Shown: piece by piece, positions 19,658 to 29,173 of the stretch
Numbering within the stretch: position 1 is the first letter of the stretch
Layout: every line of letters starts with the position of its first letter
Source: Candidatus Methanoperedenaceae archaeon
Lineage (GTDB): Archaea; Halobacteriota; Methanosarcinia; Methanosarcinales; Methanoperedenaceae
DNA length: 64,000 bases
Direction: 5' to 3'
Assembly (NCBI GenBank): GCA_963753595.1
Contig: CAVWCX010000003.1
Coordinates: forward strand, 1-64,000
Made by a program: the position numbers and the translations under genes
Notes under the pieces: model-generated
Seen by the model: the letters and a program-made list of their open reading frames with translations, nothing else
Told to the model about the DNA's origin: nothing
The model's database searches: none

Positions 19658-20644
19658 TTAACCTGGGTACAGGTTCATGAGATTATGCCAGACCCCTGTG
19701 CAATTCAATGCGGTATCAATCCTATCATCCCTTTTTTGTCCTACTCTCCATCCAAACATTCTTTTATCTGCTGAAAACCCTGATTCAGAATTGTTTCTAC
19801 GAAAATACTGTCCAAGATATGAGAACGTATTATTTACAAAATCTTCCATCGTATCCTTCCATTTCCACGAACCTCTTAATGTGGCATTTTTTCTTGGAAT
19901 GACATAGACTTTCGCTTCTCCAAATTTATCGACATAAGAGGAAAAACTATAATATTTATCAAGCCTAATGCTATCGATTTGTATATCAATCTTCTTTATC
20001 ATTTCCATAGCTCTATCGAAAGCTTCTTTTTCACTCTTTAAACTCATTCCAAATGCTACATACATCTTTGATTTGAGGTCGAGTAACTTGAAAGAATAAA
20101 CAAAAGCCTTAGTTCCAGAATATTCTTTTGCTTTATCTTTTCGTATTTGAGTCTCAGAAGCATAATGTTTTTTTATCGTCAATGAATAACCAGTTCCATC
20201 TCCGCATGCATCAATATTCTTTACTCCTTTTTCCCTTAAAATGAGAATGTGAAGATTATGAATTGCCATTTCAACGTCATGATTCGAATACAATCTTTCT
20301 ACAGTTTTATAACCGACATCAATTCCTGAAAGGAGAGAAAATAAACCAAGCATAGAAGCCATCATTCTGTTGCTTTCTCCTAATAGTTCTTTCAATAAAA
20401 GTATAATAACTCTCTGTTTAAGTTCTAACTCTGGAGGTCTTCCTTGGCCTCTATGAATTTCAATATTTATTGATTGATCTATCAATGGTTCAAGATTACG
20501 GATTGCTCCTTTGATCCGTTTCATCAATTGCTGTTCATAAGTCCGCCAATCTCGTTTCTTCTCTACCTTTCTATCCTTGTATTGTTTTAATAGAAAATCA
20601 TCTATGTCCTTTATCCTGTCTCTAATATCATCACTTTTTAGCAT
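19658..20644 (-). CDS. DDE transposase (ISNCY-like)
   Basis: DGTGYS, RLDKYYS, YFRRNNSESGFSADKR; lies within TIRs. Confidence 0.9.
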   Translation of the reverse strand: MLKSDDIRDRIKDIDDFLLKQYKDRKVEKKRDWRTYEQQLMKRIKGAIRNLEPLIDQSINIEIHRGQGRPPELELKQRVIILLLKELLGESNRMMASMLGLFSLLSGIDVGYKTVERLYSNHDVEMAIHNLHILILREKGVKNIDACGDGTGYSLTIKKHYASETQIRKDKAKEYSGTKAFVYSFKLLDLKSKMYVAFGMSLKSEKEAFDRAMEMIKKIDIQIDSIRLDKYYSFSSYVDKFGEAKVYVIPRKNATLRGSWKWKDTMEDFVNNTFSYLGQYFRRNNSESGFSADKRMFGWRVGQKRDDRIDTALNCTGVWHNLMNLYPG

Positions 20645-20697
20645 AACCCCCCAATGTACCGCAAAGTATATAAGTGTTTACATGTATATACTATAAC

Positions 20698-20859
20698 ATG
20701 AGAGAAGTTAAAGCTGTTTCAGGTGGAAAAGTGATAATTAAAGATAATGTTGAAGAGATTTATGAGAAAAAAGTTACACCTTATGGAAATGGTGCCAAGA
20801 TAGATGCACAAAAAAAGGACATTGGTAAAAGAGTCTTTGTTATTGTTCTAAAGGACTGA
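20698..20859 (+). CDS. DUF2080-family transposase-associated small protein
   Basis: YEKKVTPYGNGAKIDAQKKDIGKRVFVIV; divergent from transposase inside the IS. Confidence 0.82.
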   Translation: MREVKAVSGGKVIIKDNVEEIYEKKVTPYGNGAKIDAQKKDIGKRVFVIVLKD

Positions 20860-21070
20860 TTGTTCAAATGGGAGGGGTATCTTTCAATTTTGTCCCACAG
20901 CCCAACCTGCCCGCATTCGTGCTTTGAATATTTAAAAATTTATTAATTATTTACATGTAAAGGAGACGCTCCCCCACACATTTTTCACACATTAGTTTAT
21001 TTGCAGCACACAATGCTATATGAAGTAAAAAAAAATTATCATACTGTCTTGGAAGCGTAATGAGCCTGAT

Positions 21071-21673
21071 ATGAAGATCCTAAAAAATGAGACAGCAGAT
21101 ATTGGTGCTGGCACACTGATAATTTTCATTGCAATGGTATTAGTTGCAGCTGTGGCGGCAATCGTATTGATTTATTCAACAGGAGTGCTCCACCAGAAAG
21201 CATTGATTACAACTGAAGATGCAACTTCGACAGTTGCAACAAATTTCCAGATCGAAAGCGTTATTGGAGACAGGGTAAACTCTACTATGCCGGGCCTTCA
21301 ACCAGGTATACAGGGCCTGTTTATCCGAATAAAACCAGAGGTGGGGACTGAATCGATGGATTTGAGGCAAATAATGATAATCTTGAATGATTATCAGTTT
21401 ATGAAATATTCAAATAGAACCGATATTGAAAATACATTTGGCGCAACCGTGATACGAGATTATGATGAATCTTTCAGTATTAATTATCCAGTTCTTAACA
21501 GTGGAGATTTAGTAGATATTAAATTTTATACTCTTAATTATACAAATCCAATTCTTATTCCAAGACAAACTCTATTATTATCTATAAACCAGGAACGTGG
21601 GGCATCCGTACACCTTGAAATGACCGCACCATACTCTTTTGGAATAGACAGGTTTGTGAAACTTTATCCTTGA
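21071..21673 (+). CDS. flaB: Archaellin (FlaB/ArlB family)
   Basis: GTLIIFIAMVLVAAVAA N-terminal helix; LNSGD. Confidence 0.88.
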   Translation: MKILKNETADIGAGTLIIFIAMVLVAAVAAIVLIYSTGVLHQKALITTEDATSTVATNFQIESVIGDRVNSTMPGLQPGIQGLFIRIKPEVGTESMDLRQIMIILNDYQFMKYSNRTDIENTFGATVIRDYDESFSINYPVLNSGDLVDIKFYTLNYTNPILIPRQTLLLSINQERGASVHLEMTAPYSFGIDRFVKLYP

Positions 21674-21693
21674 TCTATTACTTTATCCTTGAT

Positions 21694-22701
21694 TTATACT
21701 ACGATCGGTATCATTTCCCCGCAATCCGGGCATTTCCCATCCTTTATATTAACAGCGCCCACCCTGAATCCCAGGCGGTCGATCAGCAAAGCATTACACT
21801 TCGGACAATATGTATTCTCTAACCTATGCTCCCCAACATTCCCAAGATACACGAACTTCATCCCGGCTTTTTTTGCAATATCATAAGCCATCTCAAGAGT
21901 ATCCAGAGGCGTGGGATAAAGGTCATCCATCTTATACATCGGATGGAACCTTGTGAAATGCATGGGTGTGTCTATGCCCAGGTTATCATGCACCCATTGC
22001 ACTATCTGTGTTATCTCTTCAGGCGAATCGTTCTTTGTGGGTATAATAAGCGTTATCGTTTCCACATGCATTCCCAGTTCCTTAGCCAGTTTTGTTGATT
22101 CAAGGACTGGAGCCAGCTTTGCGCCGCAAGTTTTCCTGTAGAAATCCTCTGAAAATGATTTGATATCCACACGGAAGGCATCAAGATATGGAGCTATTCT
22201 TCGAAGCGCCTCCGGGGTGATGTAGCCGTTTGTCACATATATTGTCTTTAGCCCCGCCTTTTTCGCAAGCACCGCGCTGTCAAAAGTATATTCATGCCAG
22301 ATGGCAGGTTCGTTGTATGTCCAGGAGATCGATTTTGATCCGGATTCCAGCGCTCGCTTGATTGCGGTTTCAGGCGTAATTTCAATCGTGTAAGACTCTT
22401 CCAGATCAGCCTGGGAAATATTCCAGTTCTGGCAGTGCTGGCACCTGAAATTACACCCTATTGTCCCCAGGGAATATGAAAGCGTACCCGGCAGGAAATG
22501 ATAAAGCGGTTTTTTTTCGATAGGGTCAACATGTTCACTTGATACCGTATTATATATCAATGTGTAGAGTTTCCCGTTCTTATTCTGTCTTGTCCTGCAT
22601 ACTCCCAGTTTGCCTTCCGCTATAGTGCACCTGTGAGAACAAACATTACATTTTACCTTTTTGTCCGCAAGCTCATCGAATAATACCCCTTCCTTGATCA
22701 T
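21694..22701 (-). CDS. amrS: AmmeMemoRadiSam-system radical SAM enzyme
   Basis: DPIEKKPLYHF, CNFRCQHC, TYNEP, C-terminal CPKC...CPDC. Confidence 0.9.
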   Translation of the reverse strand: MIKEGVLFDELADKKVKCNVCSHRCTIAEGKLGVCRTRQNKNGKLYTLIYNTVSSEHVDPIEKKPLYHFLPGTLSYSLGTIGCNFRCQHCQNWNISQADLEESYTIEITPETAIKRALESGSKSISWTYNEPAIWHEYTFDSAVLAKKAGLKTIYVTNGYITPEALRRIAPYLDAFRVDIKSFSEDFYRKTCGAKLAPVLESTKLAKELGMHVETITLIIPTKNDSPEEITQIVQWVHDNLGIDTPMHFTRFHPMYKMDDLYPTPLDTLEMAYDIAKKAGMKFVYLGNVGEHRLENTYCPKCNALLIDRLGFRVGAVNIKDGKCPDCGEMIPIVV

Positions 22702-24965
22702 ACATATATTCCCTGGCTTGTTTCTATCTGCTTTGAGCGTTTCTTTCGCAGATCATCCTTGATCTTTTCATAATAGCTCATTATATCAGGAGTGACAGAA
22801 GGTCCGGTCTCTTCAATTGCCAAAAGGAAATGCTTATGGCTAACTTTTTGCGCGTTTATGTTTTCACGCATCGCAATGCGTCCTGCTTTTTTGCACACAG
22901 CGGCAATATCCGCACCTGTAAAGTCCTGGGTTATCCTTACAAATTCCCCCAAATTAACATCATCTTCAAGGGACATCTTCTTCGTATGGACTTTAAAAAT
23001 CTCTAACCTCGTCTTAGGGTCAGGAACAGGCACAAGTATCATCTCATCAAACCTTCCAGGCCGCAAAAGCGCAGGATCGATTATATCAGGCCGGTTTGTC
23101 GCCCCGATGATCACAACCCCCCGAAGTTCCTCAAGACCATCAAGTTCTGAGAGCAATTGATTCACGATTCGCTCTGTTGCAAGGGGCTCACCCTCGGCAG
23201 TTCCTCTAATAGGCGCAAGGGCATCAAGCTCGTCAAGGAATATGATGGACGGTGCAACCTGGCGCGCTTTCTTGAATATCTCAGCTATATGCTTTTCGGA
23301 TTCGCCATACCATTTTGATAATATATCGCTACCCTTTACGGTCAAAAAATTAGCTTCACTCTCATTGGCGATGGCTTTGGCAAGAAGCGTCTTTCCAGTG
23401 CCGGGAGGCCCATATAGAAGTACGCCTTTGGGAGCTTCAACACCAATTCTCTTGAATGACTCAGCATACCGCAGCGGCCATTCCACTGCCTCAGAAAGCA
23501 GGTCTTTAACATTCTCAAGCCCTCCGATCTCATTCCATGACACATTTGGCACTTCGAACAATATCTCACGAAGAGCCGATGGCTGTACTTCCTTCATTAC
23601 GTCTTCAAAATCCGAACCTTTAATAATGAGTTTATCAAGCGTCTCTTTGGGTATGACCTTCAGTTCAAGGTCGATCTCAGGAAGCACTCTTCGAAGAGAA
23701 GTCATTGCAGCTTCGCGGCATAAAGCTGCGATATCTGCGCCCACAAAGCCATATGTGCGATCAGCCAGTTTGTCAAGACTGACATCTTCAGCCAGAGGCA
23801 TACCGCGTGTGTGTATCTGGAATATCTCATGCCGCCCTTCCCGGTCAGGAGCACGAAGCTCGATCTCGCGGTCAAACCTGCCGGGTCTTCGAAGCGCCAT
23901 ATCAAGGGCTTCCGGACGGTTTGTCGCGCCAATGACGATCACGTTCTTCCTTGATTTTAAGCCGTCCATAAGTGAAAGAAGCTGCGCCACAACGCGGCGC
24001 TCCACCTCCCCTGTTACTTCTGCCCGTTTCGGGGCTATGCTGTCGATCTCATCAATGAAAATTATGGCAGGGGCATTTTTTTCGGCCAGGTCAAAAGCTT
24101 CACGGAGCTTGTGTTCGCTTTCCCCGTAATATTTTGACATTATCTCAGGGCCGTTGATAGTGATAAAATATGCCTCGCTCTCGTTGGCCACCGCTTTTGC
24201 AAGCATGGTTTTTCCCGTTCCAGGAGGCCCGTGAAGAAGCACTCCTTTTGGCGCATCAATACCCAGCCTGTTGAAGAGTTCGGGATGCTTAAGAGGCAGT
24301 TCAATGATTTCCCTGATCTTACTCAGGGCGGGTTTAATTCCCCCAAGATCTTCATACATTACCTCAGGTAGTTCCGCAGGAAGATCAACAGCCTCAGGCA
24401 GGAGGTCCACCTCTGTGACATCGGTAATTTTGACTATCCCACCTGGCGTTGTTGAAAATACGTGGAGTTTTATCTCGCCAAGACCAAATGAGCCGCCGAA
24501 GAATTCCGGGAATACCTGCTCAAACATTACATCCGTGCCGAATGATTCCCTCGGCCGCCTGACGCTTGTTGTCGATATGATGTCTCCCTTTGAGACAGTC
24601 CTGTTATGAAAAATCGCACGCAGGCTTTCACTTGGCGCATAAATATGGATATTCTTTGTAACGGGTGCAAGTGTGACTTTTTTTGCTTCTTTCCACTCTG
24701 CTTTCAAAACTTCCACATATTCCCCGAGGCTTGTCCTGGCATTTGTGCGAATCAGCCCGTCCATTTTTATGACATCCAGCCCTTCATCCTGGGGATATGC
24801 TCTTCCGACAACCGCAGAAGTAGAATGCTGCTCTCCTTTTACCTCAACTACATCAAAAATATTGACACCTATCATGTTCCGGTACTTTTCATCGATCCGG
24901 ACTATCCCTTTCCCTACATCCCGCTGGTCTGCCTCGGCTACTTTCAATCTAATTGATTTTTCCAT
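22698..24965 (-). CDS. cdc48: CDC48/VCP family AAA ATPase
   Basis: Two AAA modules (GPPGTGKT x2, RPGRFD x2) and N-domain. Confidence 0.95.
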   Translation of the reverse strand: MEKSIRLKVAEADQRDVGKGIVRIDEKYRNMIGVNIFDVVEVKGEQHSTSAVVGRAYPQDEGLDVIKMDGLIRTNARTSLGEYVEVLKAEWKEAKKVTLAPVTKNIHIYAPSESLRAIFHNRTVSKGDIISTTSVRRPRESFGTDVMFEQVFPEFFGGSFGLGEIKLHVFSTTPGGIVKITDVTEVDLLPEAVDLPAELPEVMYEDLGGIKPALSKIREIIELPLKHPELFNRLGIDAPKGVLLHGPPGTGKTMLAKAVANESEAYFITINGPEIMSKYYGESEHKLREAFDLAEKNAPAIIFIDEIDSIAPKRAEVTGEVERRVVAQLLSLMDGLKSRKNVIVIGATNRPEALDMALRRPGRFDREIELRAPDREGRHEIFQIHTRGMPLAEDVSLDKLADRTYGFVGADIAALCREAAMTSLRRVLPEIDLELKVIPKETLDKLIIKGSDFEDVMKEVQPSALREILFEVPNVSWNEIGGLENVKDLLSEAVEWPLRYAESFKRIGVEAPKGVLLYGPPGTGKTLLAKAIANESEANFLTVKGSDILSKWYGESEKHIAEIFKKARQVAPSIIFLDELDALAPIRGTAEGEPLATERIVNQLLSELDGLEELRGVVIIGATNRPDIIDPALLRPGRFDEMILVPVPDPKTRLEIFKVHTKKMSLEDDVNLGEFVRITQDFTGADIAAVCKKAGRIAMRENINAQKVSHKHFLLAIEETGPSVTPDIMSYYEKIKDDLRKKRSKQIETSQGIYV

Positions 24966-24991
24966 GTTACCCCATATTATAATATCAACTG

Positions 24992-26257
24992 TTATTTCAT
25001 AAAAGTTTGCTTTCTGCCCGGCCCCACAGAAATATATCCAATTCTTACGCCCATCAATTTTTCAAGTAATTCAACATAGAGCCTTGCATTTTCCGGAAGG
25101 TCAACGAAATTTTCGGTATTAGTGATGTCTTCATGCCATCCCGGGATATCCTTATAAACTGGTTTGCATCTTGCAACATCATCGGAAAGTTCAGGCATGT
25201 AATCCACAGTTTTTCCTTCCAGTTCATACTCAAGGCACAACTTTATTGATTTAAGCCCTGAAAGTACATCGAGTTTGGTGAGAGCCATCGATGTATATCC
25301 ATTGAGGTTGATGGCTTTTCGCGCAATGGGCATATCAAACCAGCCGCATCTCCTGGGGCGCCCGGTCGTAGTCCCGAATTCGCCGCCCTTTTCACGCAGG
25401 TGTTCTCCGACTTCATTTTTCTGCTCCGTAAGAAGCGGCCCTTCTCCAACGCGTGTGATATACGCCTTTATTACCCCGATCACTTCATTCACTTTTGTAG
25501 GGCCAACACCCAGACCGGCGCATGCTGATCCTGCGACTGTGCTTGAAGAGGTTACGAATTTTTGCGTACCATGGATAATATCAAGATGCGTCCCCTGGGC
25601 CCCTTCTGCGAGGACTTTTTTACCATTTTTTAAAGCCTGGTTTATCTCTTTTGAGACATCCGTGATGTATGGTTTTAATTTCTTGCCGATCTTAAGATAT
25701 GCATCAATTTCTGACCGTGCGATCTTCGGGTCACCACCCATTTCTTTTATCGCTGCTTCCTTCTGGGGCGCTATTTCTTCGAGTTTGCGCATGAAACGGT
25801 CCTTATCCGCAATATCTGCCATCTGTATCTCTTCACGCCCCACTTTATCAACATAAGCAAAACCTATACCCCTGTTCGTTGTCCCGATTTTCACGGCGCG
25901 CTTTGATTCCCGAAGACCGTCAAGCGCTACATGATACGGCATAATTATGCTTGTCTTTGCGTCAATGCCAAGCTTTGATGGCGGCACTTTCACGCCGTTA
26001 TCGGAGAGCATGGCGATCTCTTCCATCAATATTCCCGGGTTCATAACAGTACCCGGGCCAATAAGCAGGCGTGCATCGAAAAGCACACCCGACGGGATAA
26101 GATGCAGTTTGTATGTTTTACCTTCTGCCACGACTGTGTGTCCCGCATTATCCCCCCCCTGGAAACGGGCGACAATATCGAATTCTTTTGCCATCATATC
26201 CACGATCTTTCCTTTTCCTTCGTCTCCGAATTGTGCGCCAGTGATTATTGTGAACAT
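24992..26257 (-). CDS. purA: Adenylosuccinate synthetase
   Basis: GAQFGDEGKGK, GGDNAGHT, GTTTGRPRRCGW; start MFTIITG at 26257. Confidence 0.96.
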   Translation of the reverse strand: MFTIITGAQFGDEGKGKIVDMMAKEFDIVARFQGGDNAGHTVVAEGKTYKLHLIPSGVLFDARLLIGPGTVMNPGILMEEIAMLSDNGVKVPPSKLGIDAKTSIIMPYHVALDGLRESKRAVKIGTTNRGIGFAYVDKVGREEIQMADIADKDRFMRKLEEIAPQKEAAIKEMGGDPKIARSEIDAYLKIGKKLKPYITDVSKEINQALKNGKKVLAEGAQGTHLDIIHGTQKFVTSSSTVAGSACAGLGVGPTKVNEVIGVIKAYITRVGEGPLLTEQKNEVGEHLREKGGEFGTTTGRPRRCGWFDMPIARKAINLNGYTSMALTKLDVLSGLKSIKLCLEYELEGKTVDYMPELSDDVARCKPVYKDIPGWHEDITNTENFVDLPENARLYVELLEKLMGVRIGYISVGPGRKQTFMK

Positions 26258-26423
26258 ATTTTTCTCTTCTTTTATGGGCGGGAAATATGATAAGGTTTGC
26301 CTGATTTCGGTGTAAATCAATAAAAATCATCTTTTTCTGCCACGACTAATTTGCATGATGGAAACAAGTTTAAATAATATGATGTACACACTTAACATAG
26401 AATAGAAAACAGGTTAATTATAT

Positions 26424-27674
26424 ATGACACAAATAAGAGAAGCATTGATCGAATCCAATAGCTGGTGGAAAGAAGATTATAAAATTGAATACTATGAGAG
26501 AGATTTATATAAAGAAATTTCAAAATATATTCCTTTACCTCAAATAATTGCACTTACAGGTTTACGCAGGATTGGAAAGACTACATTGATGCAAAAAGTG
26601 GCTTTGGATTTTATTAATGACGGATTTGATGTCAGGAACATAATATATTTTTCTTTTGATGAGTTCAGGGATATCAAGATCAAGGAATTAATGAAAGATT
26701 ATGAAGAATTCATGGAAAAAGATTTCAAAAATGGTAAGTATTTGCTGCTGCTAGATGAAATACAGAAGGTTGCGAACTGGGAAGATCAAATAAAAAGGGT
26801 CTATGATATTTATGGAAAAAATATAAAAATAATTATCTCTGGCTCAGAATCAATGTTCATAAAAAAAAGATCTAAAGAGACATTATCCGGAAGGATATTT
26901 GAGTTCAAGGTCGAAAATCTTTCATTCAAAGAATTCCTCAGATTTAAAGGGATTGAATATTCTCCCATCGGGCTATATGAAACTGAACTTTCAAAACTAT
27001 TTGAAGAATATAGGCTGAACCAGGGTTTCCCGGAACTCGTGGGAATTAATGATAAAGGTATAATTAGAAAATATATAAAAGAAAGCATAGTTGAAAAAGT
27101 CATTTACAGAGACCTTACGCAATTGTTCAAGATTAAAGATATAGGAGTCCTGGAATCACTGCTGGGAATTATCATGGAAGAACCCGGACAGCTTATTGAG
27201 CTAACAGATCTTTCAAAAGAGTTAAAAATTTCAAGGCAGACGCTTTCTAATTATTTTTTTTATCTGGAAGAGTCCTTTCTTATCAGGAAATTGTACAACT
27301 TCAGCAGAAACAAGAGGAAATCCGAAAGAAAGTTAAAAAAATATTATCCCTCAATATTATTAGATCTCAATTTTAAGGATGATGATATTTCAAAGTCGAA
27401 AGCCTTTGAATGGCTTGTGGTAACAAGGTTGAACGCTGAATTCTTCTGGAGAGATCCTTATAAAAATGAGGTGGATGTGATACTTGCACAAAATAATCCC
27501 ATCCCCATAGAAATAAAATATGGAAAAATCGATACAACTGGCTTAATTAGATTCATGAGAAAATTCAAAGTAAATGAGGGATACATAATATCTCATGCGA
27601 GGGAGGATAGCCTGAAAGTAGACAATAATATGATAAAAATCATTCCTGCGTTTAAGTATTTCTTAATGGAATAA
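26424..27674 (+). CDS. AAA_14/DUF4143 ATP-binding protein
   Basis: GLRRIGKT, LLDEIQ, SGS, LSGR, GFPE, EVD...IEIK. Confidence 0.88.
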   Translation: MTQIREALIESNSWWKEDYKIEYYERDLYKEISKYIPLPQIIALTGLRRIGKTTLMQKVALDFINDGFDVRNIIYFSFDEFRDIKIKELMKDYEEFMEKDFKNGKYLLLLDEIQKVANWEDQIKRVYDIYGKNIKIIISGSESMFIKKRSKETLSGRIFEFKVENLSFKEFLRFKGIEYSPIGLYETELSKLFEEYRLNQGFPELVGINDKGIIRKYIKESIVEKVIYRDLTQLFKIKDIGVLESLLGIIMEEPGQLIELTDLSKELKISRQTLSNYFFYLEESFLIRKLYNFSRNKRKSERKLKKYYPSILLDLNFKDDDISKSKAFEWLVVTRLNAEFFWRDPYKNEVDVILAQNNPIPIEIKYGKIDTTGLIRFMRKFKVNEGYIISHAREDSLKVDNNMIKIIPAFKYFLME

Positions 27675-27691
27675 ATTTTTCTGCCTCATGA

Positions 27692-27773
27692 AATAGAACA
27701 CGGATTGCGCGGATGACGCGGATGCACGCAGATCCGTGAAAATCCGCGCGATCCGCGTCATCCGCGTTCTATT
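27692..27773. repeat. REP-like palindrome built from 9-bp CGCGGAT units
   Basis: AATAGAAC-(ACGGATT/GCGGATG/GCGGATG/GCAGAT)...(ATCCGT/ATCCGC x3)-GTTCTATT between convergent genes. Confidence 0.85.
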
Positions 27774-27811
27774 AAAAACAAAAGCTGAAAAACATAAAAA
27801 AATAATAATAT

Positions 27812-29095
27812 CTACAGCTTCATATATTCCCTCAAAACAGTCGTCGCATAACTTCCCTTCTGCAATGAAAATCCAAGCACAACTTTCGTCTTCCCTGTAT
27901 TTTTCTCATCCTCACCAACACTGAATTCAGGCTTAAAAGGCACTATTATCTCCCTTCTCAGCCCCTTTGATGCCAATTCAGGTATGGCCGGGACTTTGAA
28001 ACCCTCAACGTCAATATTTAATTCCGCAACGATCGCCCGCTCAATTTCCCCGGCCTGTCCTTCCGCGAACTGTGTCTCATAACCCACAAGAGGCGCCGTG
28101 ACAAAAGCCCTCCCCCTGTTTATGAGGTTATTTATCCCGTCAATATTATCCGCAGTTACCTTCTGGAGCCTAGAAGTATCGGGCAATCCCATCTCGTTCT
28201 TGAAGCACACGATATCCCCTTCATAAGCCTCGTTGATTGACATGCCGGTTTCAATGCGGCGGCTTAATACCAGGTTGAAAATATATGACTGGTAGGCATG
28301 CAGGAACATTGCCATTAATTTTGGGGACAAAGCCCGAAAAGCTCCGGCATGATCATCAGGATGCGCGATCAGGTGGCTCATCATAGCCCTTTCGAACTGC
28401 AAATGAAGAGGATATATTTTCACTCCTTCCTTGAAATCTCCTGTATCGGATACGAACTGGCGCGCTTTTCTAATACCCTCATTCTCTTCAGGATATGCTT
28501 TTGCGATATAAGTGAGGGCAGCCTCTTTGATATCCCCCTTAAGGATCGCTTCACCCACAACATGCGTTACAGGCCTGTTCTCCCCGAATCTCTGGACGCC
28601 GAAAAAATTGGGTACTCCCTTTTCAATTTCATGTGTTATGGAGGTTACCCGCTGCAGGGTATCTTCAGGTGAAGTGTCGATATTTCGTATGGTGATCCTG
28701 AAACGATTACCCCACAGGTCGCCAAGGCTCACTTTTTTATTTGAGCGCCCGATAGGTTTAAATTCTATATCTTTCAAATGAATGCGCGCAAGCTCTTCTT
28801 CTGTGAGATCCCAGATACTTATTTTCTGTTTCGTGATCGCACGCTTGTCCTTTGTGCCTGCCCAGCCAAACCGTGTCTGGCTTATTCTCAATATGCGCGC
28901 AAGGTCGCGCACAAGATGATGGATATCCCAGTTCGTCTTTGTGAGCTCTGCTATCAGGTATTGTCCGTTCGTTGTCTCAACCCTGTTTGTCAGTTCCTCG
29001 ACCTGGAAATCTTCTATTTCCTGTCTTATGACTCCCCCGATGCCCGGAGTCCTGGAATAATAAAGGCCGATGCCGATAGTAATATCTGTAGTAAT
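27812..29095 (-). CDS. truD: tRNA pseudouridine(13) synthase TruD
   Basis: AGTKDKRAIT, GNRFRI, PNFFGVQRFG, GSYAT; the frame extends upstream with conserved GIGLY..GIGG.IRQ..DFQVEE; putative ATT start at 29095. Confidence 0.92.
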   Translation of the reverse strand: MTTDITIGIGLYYSRTPGIGGVIRQEIEDFQVEELTNRVETTNGQYLIAELTKTNWDIHHLVRDLARILRISQTRFGWAGTKDKRAITKQKISIWDLTEEELARIHLKDIEFKPIGRSNKKVSLGDLWGNRFRITIRNIDTSPEDTLQRVTSITHEIEKGVPNFFGVQRFGENRPVTHVVGEAILKGDIKEAALTYIAKAYPEENEGIRKARQFVSDTGDFKEGVKIYPLHLQFERAMMSHLIAHPDDHAGAFRALSPKLMAMFLHAYQSYIFNLVLSRRIETGMSINEAYEGDIVCFKNEMGLPDTSRLQKVTADNIDGINNLINRGRAFVTAPLVGYETQFAEGQAGEIERAIVAELNIDVEGFKVPAIPELASKGLRREIIVPFKPEFSVGEDEKNTGKTKVVLGFSLQKGSYATTVLREYMKL

Positions 29096-29173
29096 GGTAA
29101 GTTCCTCTTAATTGGTTAGTATAGCGGTATTTGGGTTTAAACTATATTGAACAATATCCAATACCCTGAATTA

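Larger units (their letters stand above)
19643..20902. mobile_element. Complete insertion sequence (ISNCY-like), 1260 bp
   Basis: TIRs GGCTGTGGGACAGAATT / GGCTGTGGGACAAAATT (16/17); 9-bp TSD CAACCTGCC at 19634-19642 and 20903-20911. Confidence 0.95.

Noticed and set aside
23242-24129. Long antisense ORF (295 aa) and similar shadow ORFs in the track
   Set aside because: They overlap well-supported genes (here cdc48) on the opposite strand and carry no motifs
27692-27773. CRISPR array
   Set aside because: Units are 9 bp, inverted and lack unique spacers; no cas genes in the window
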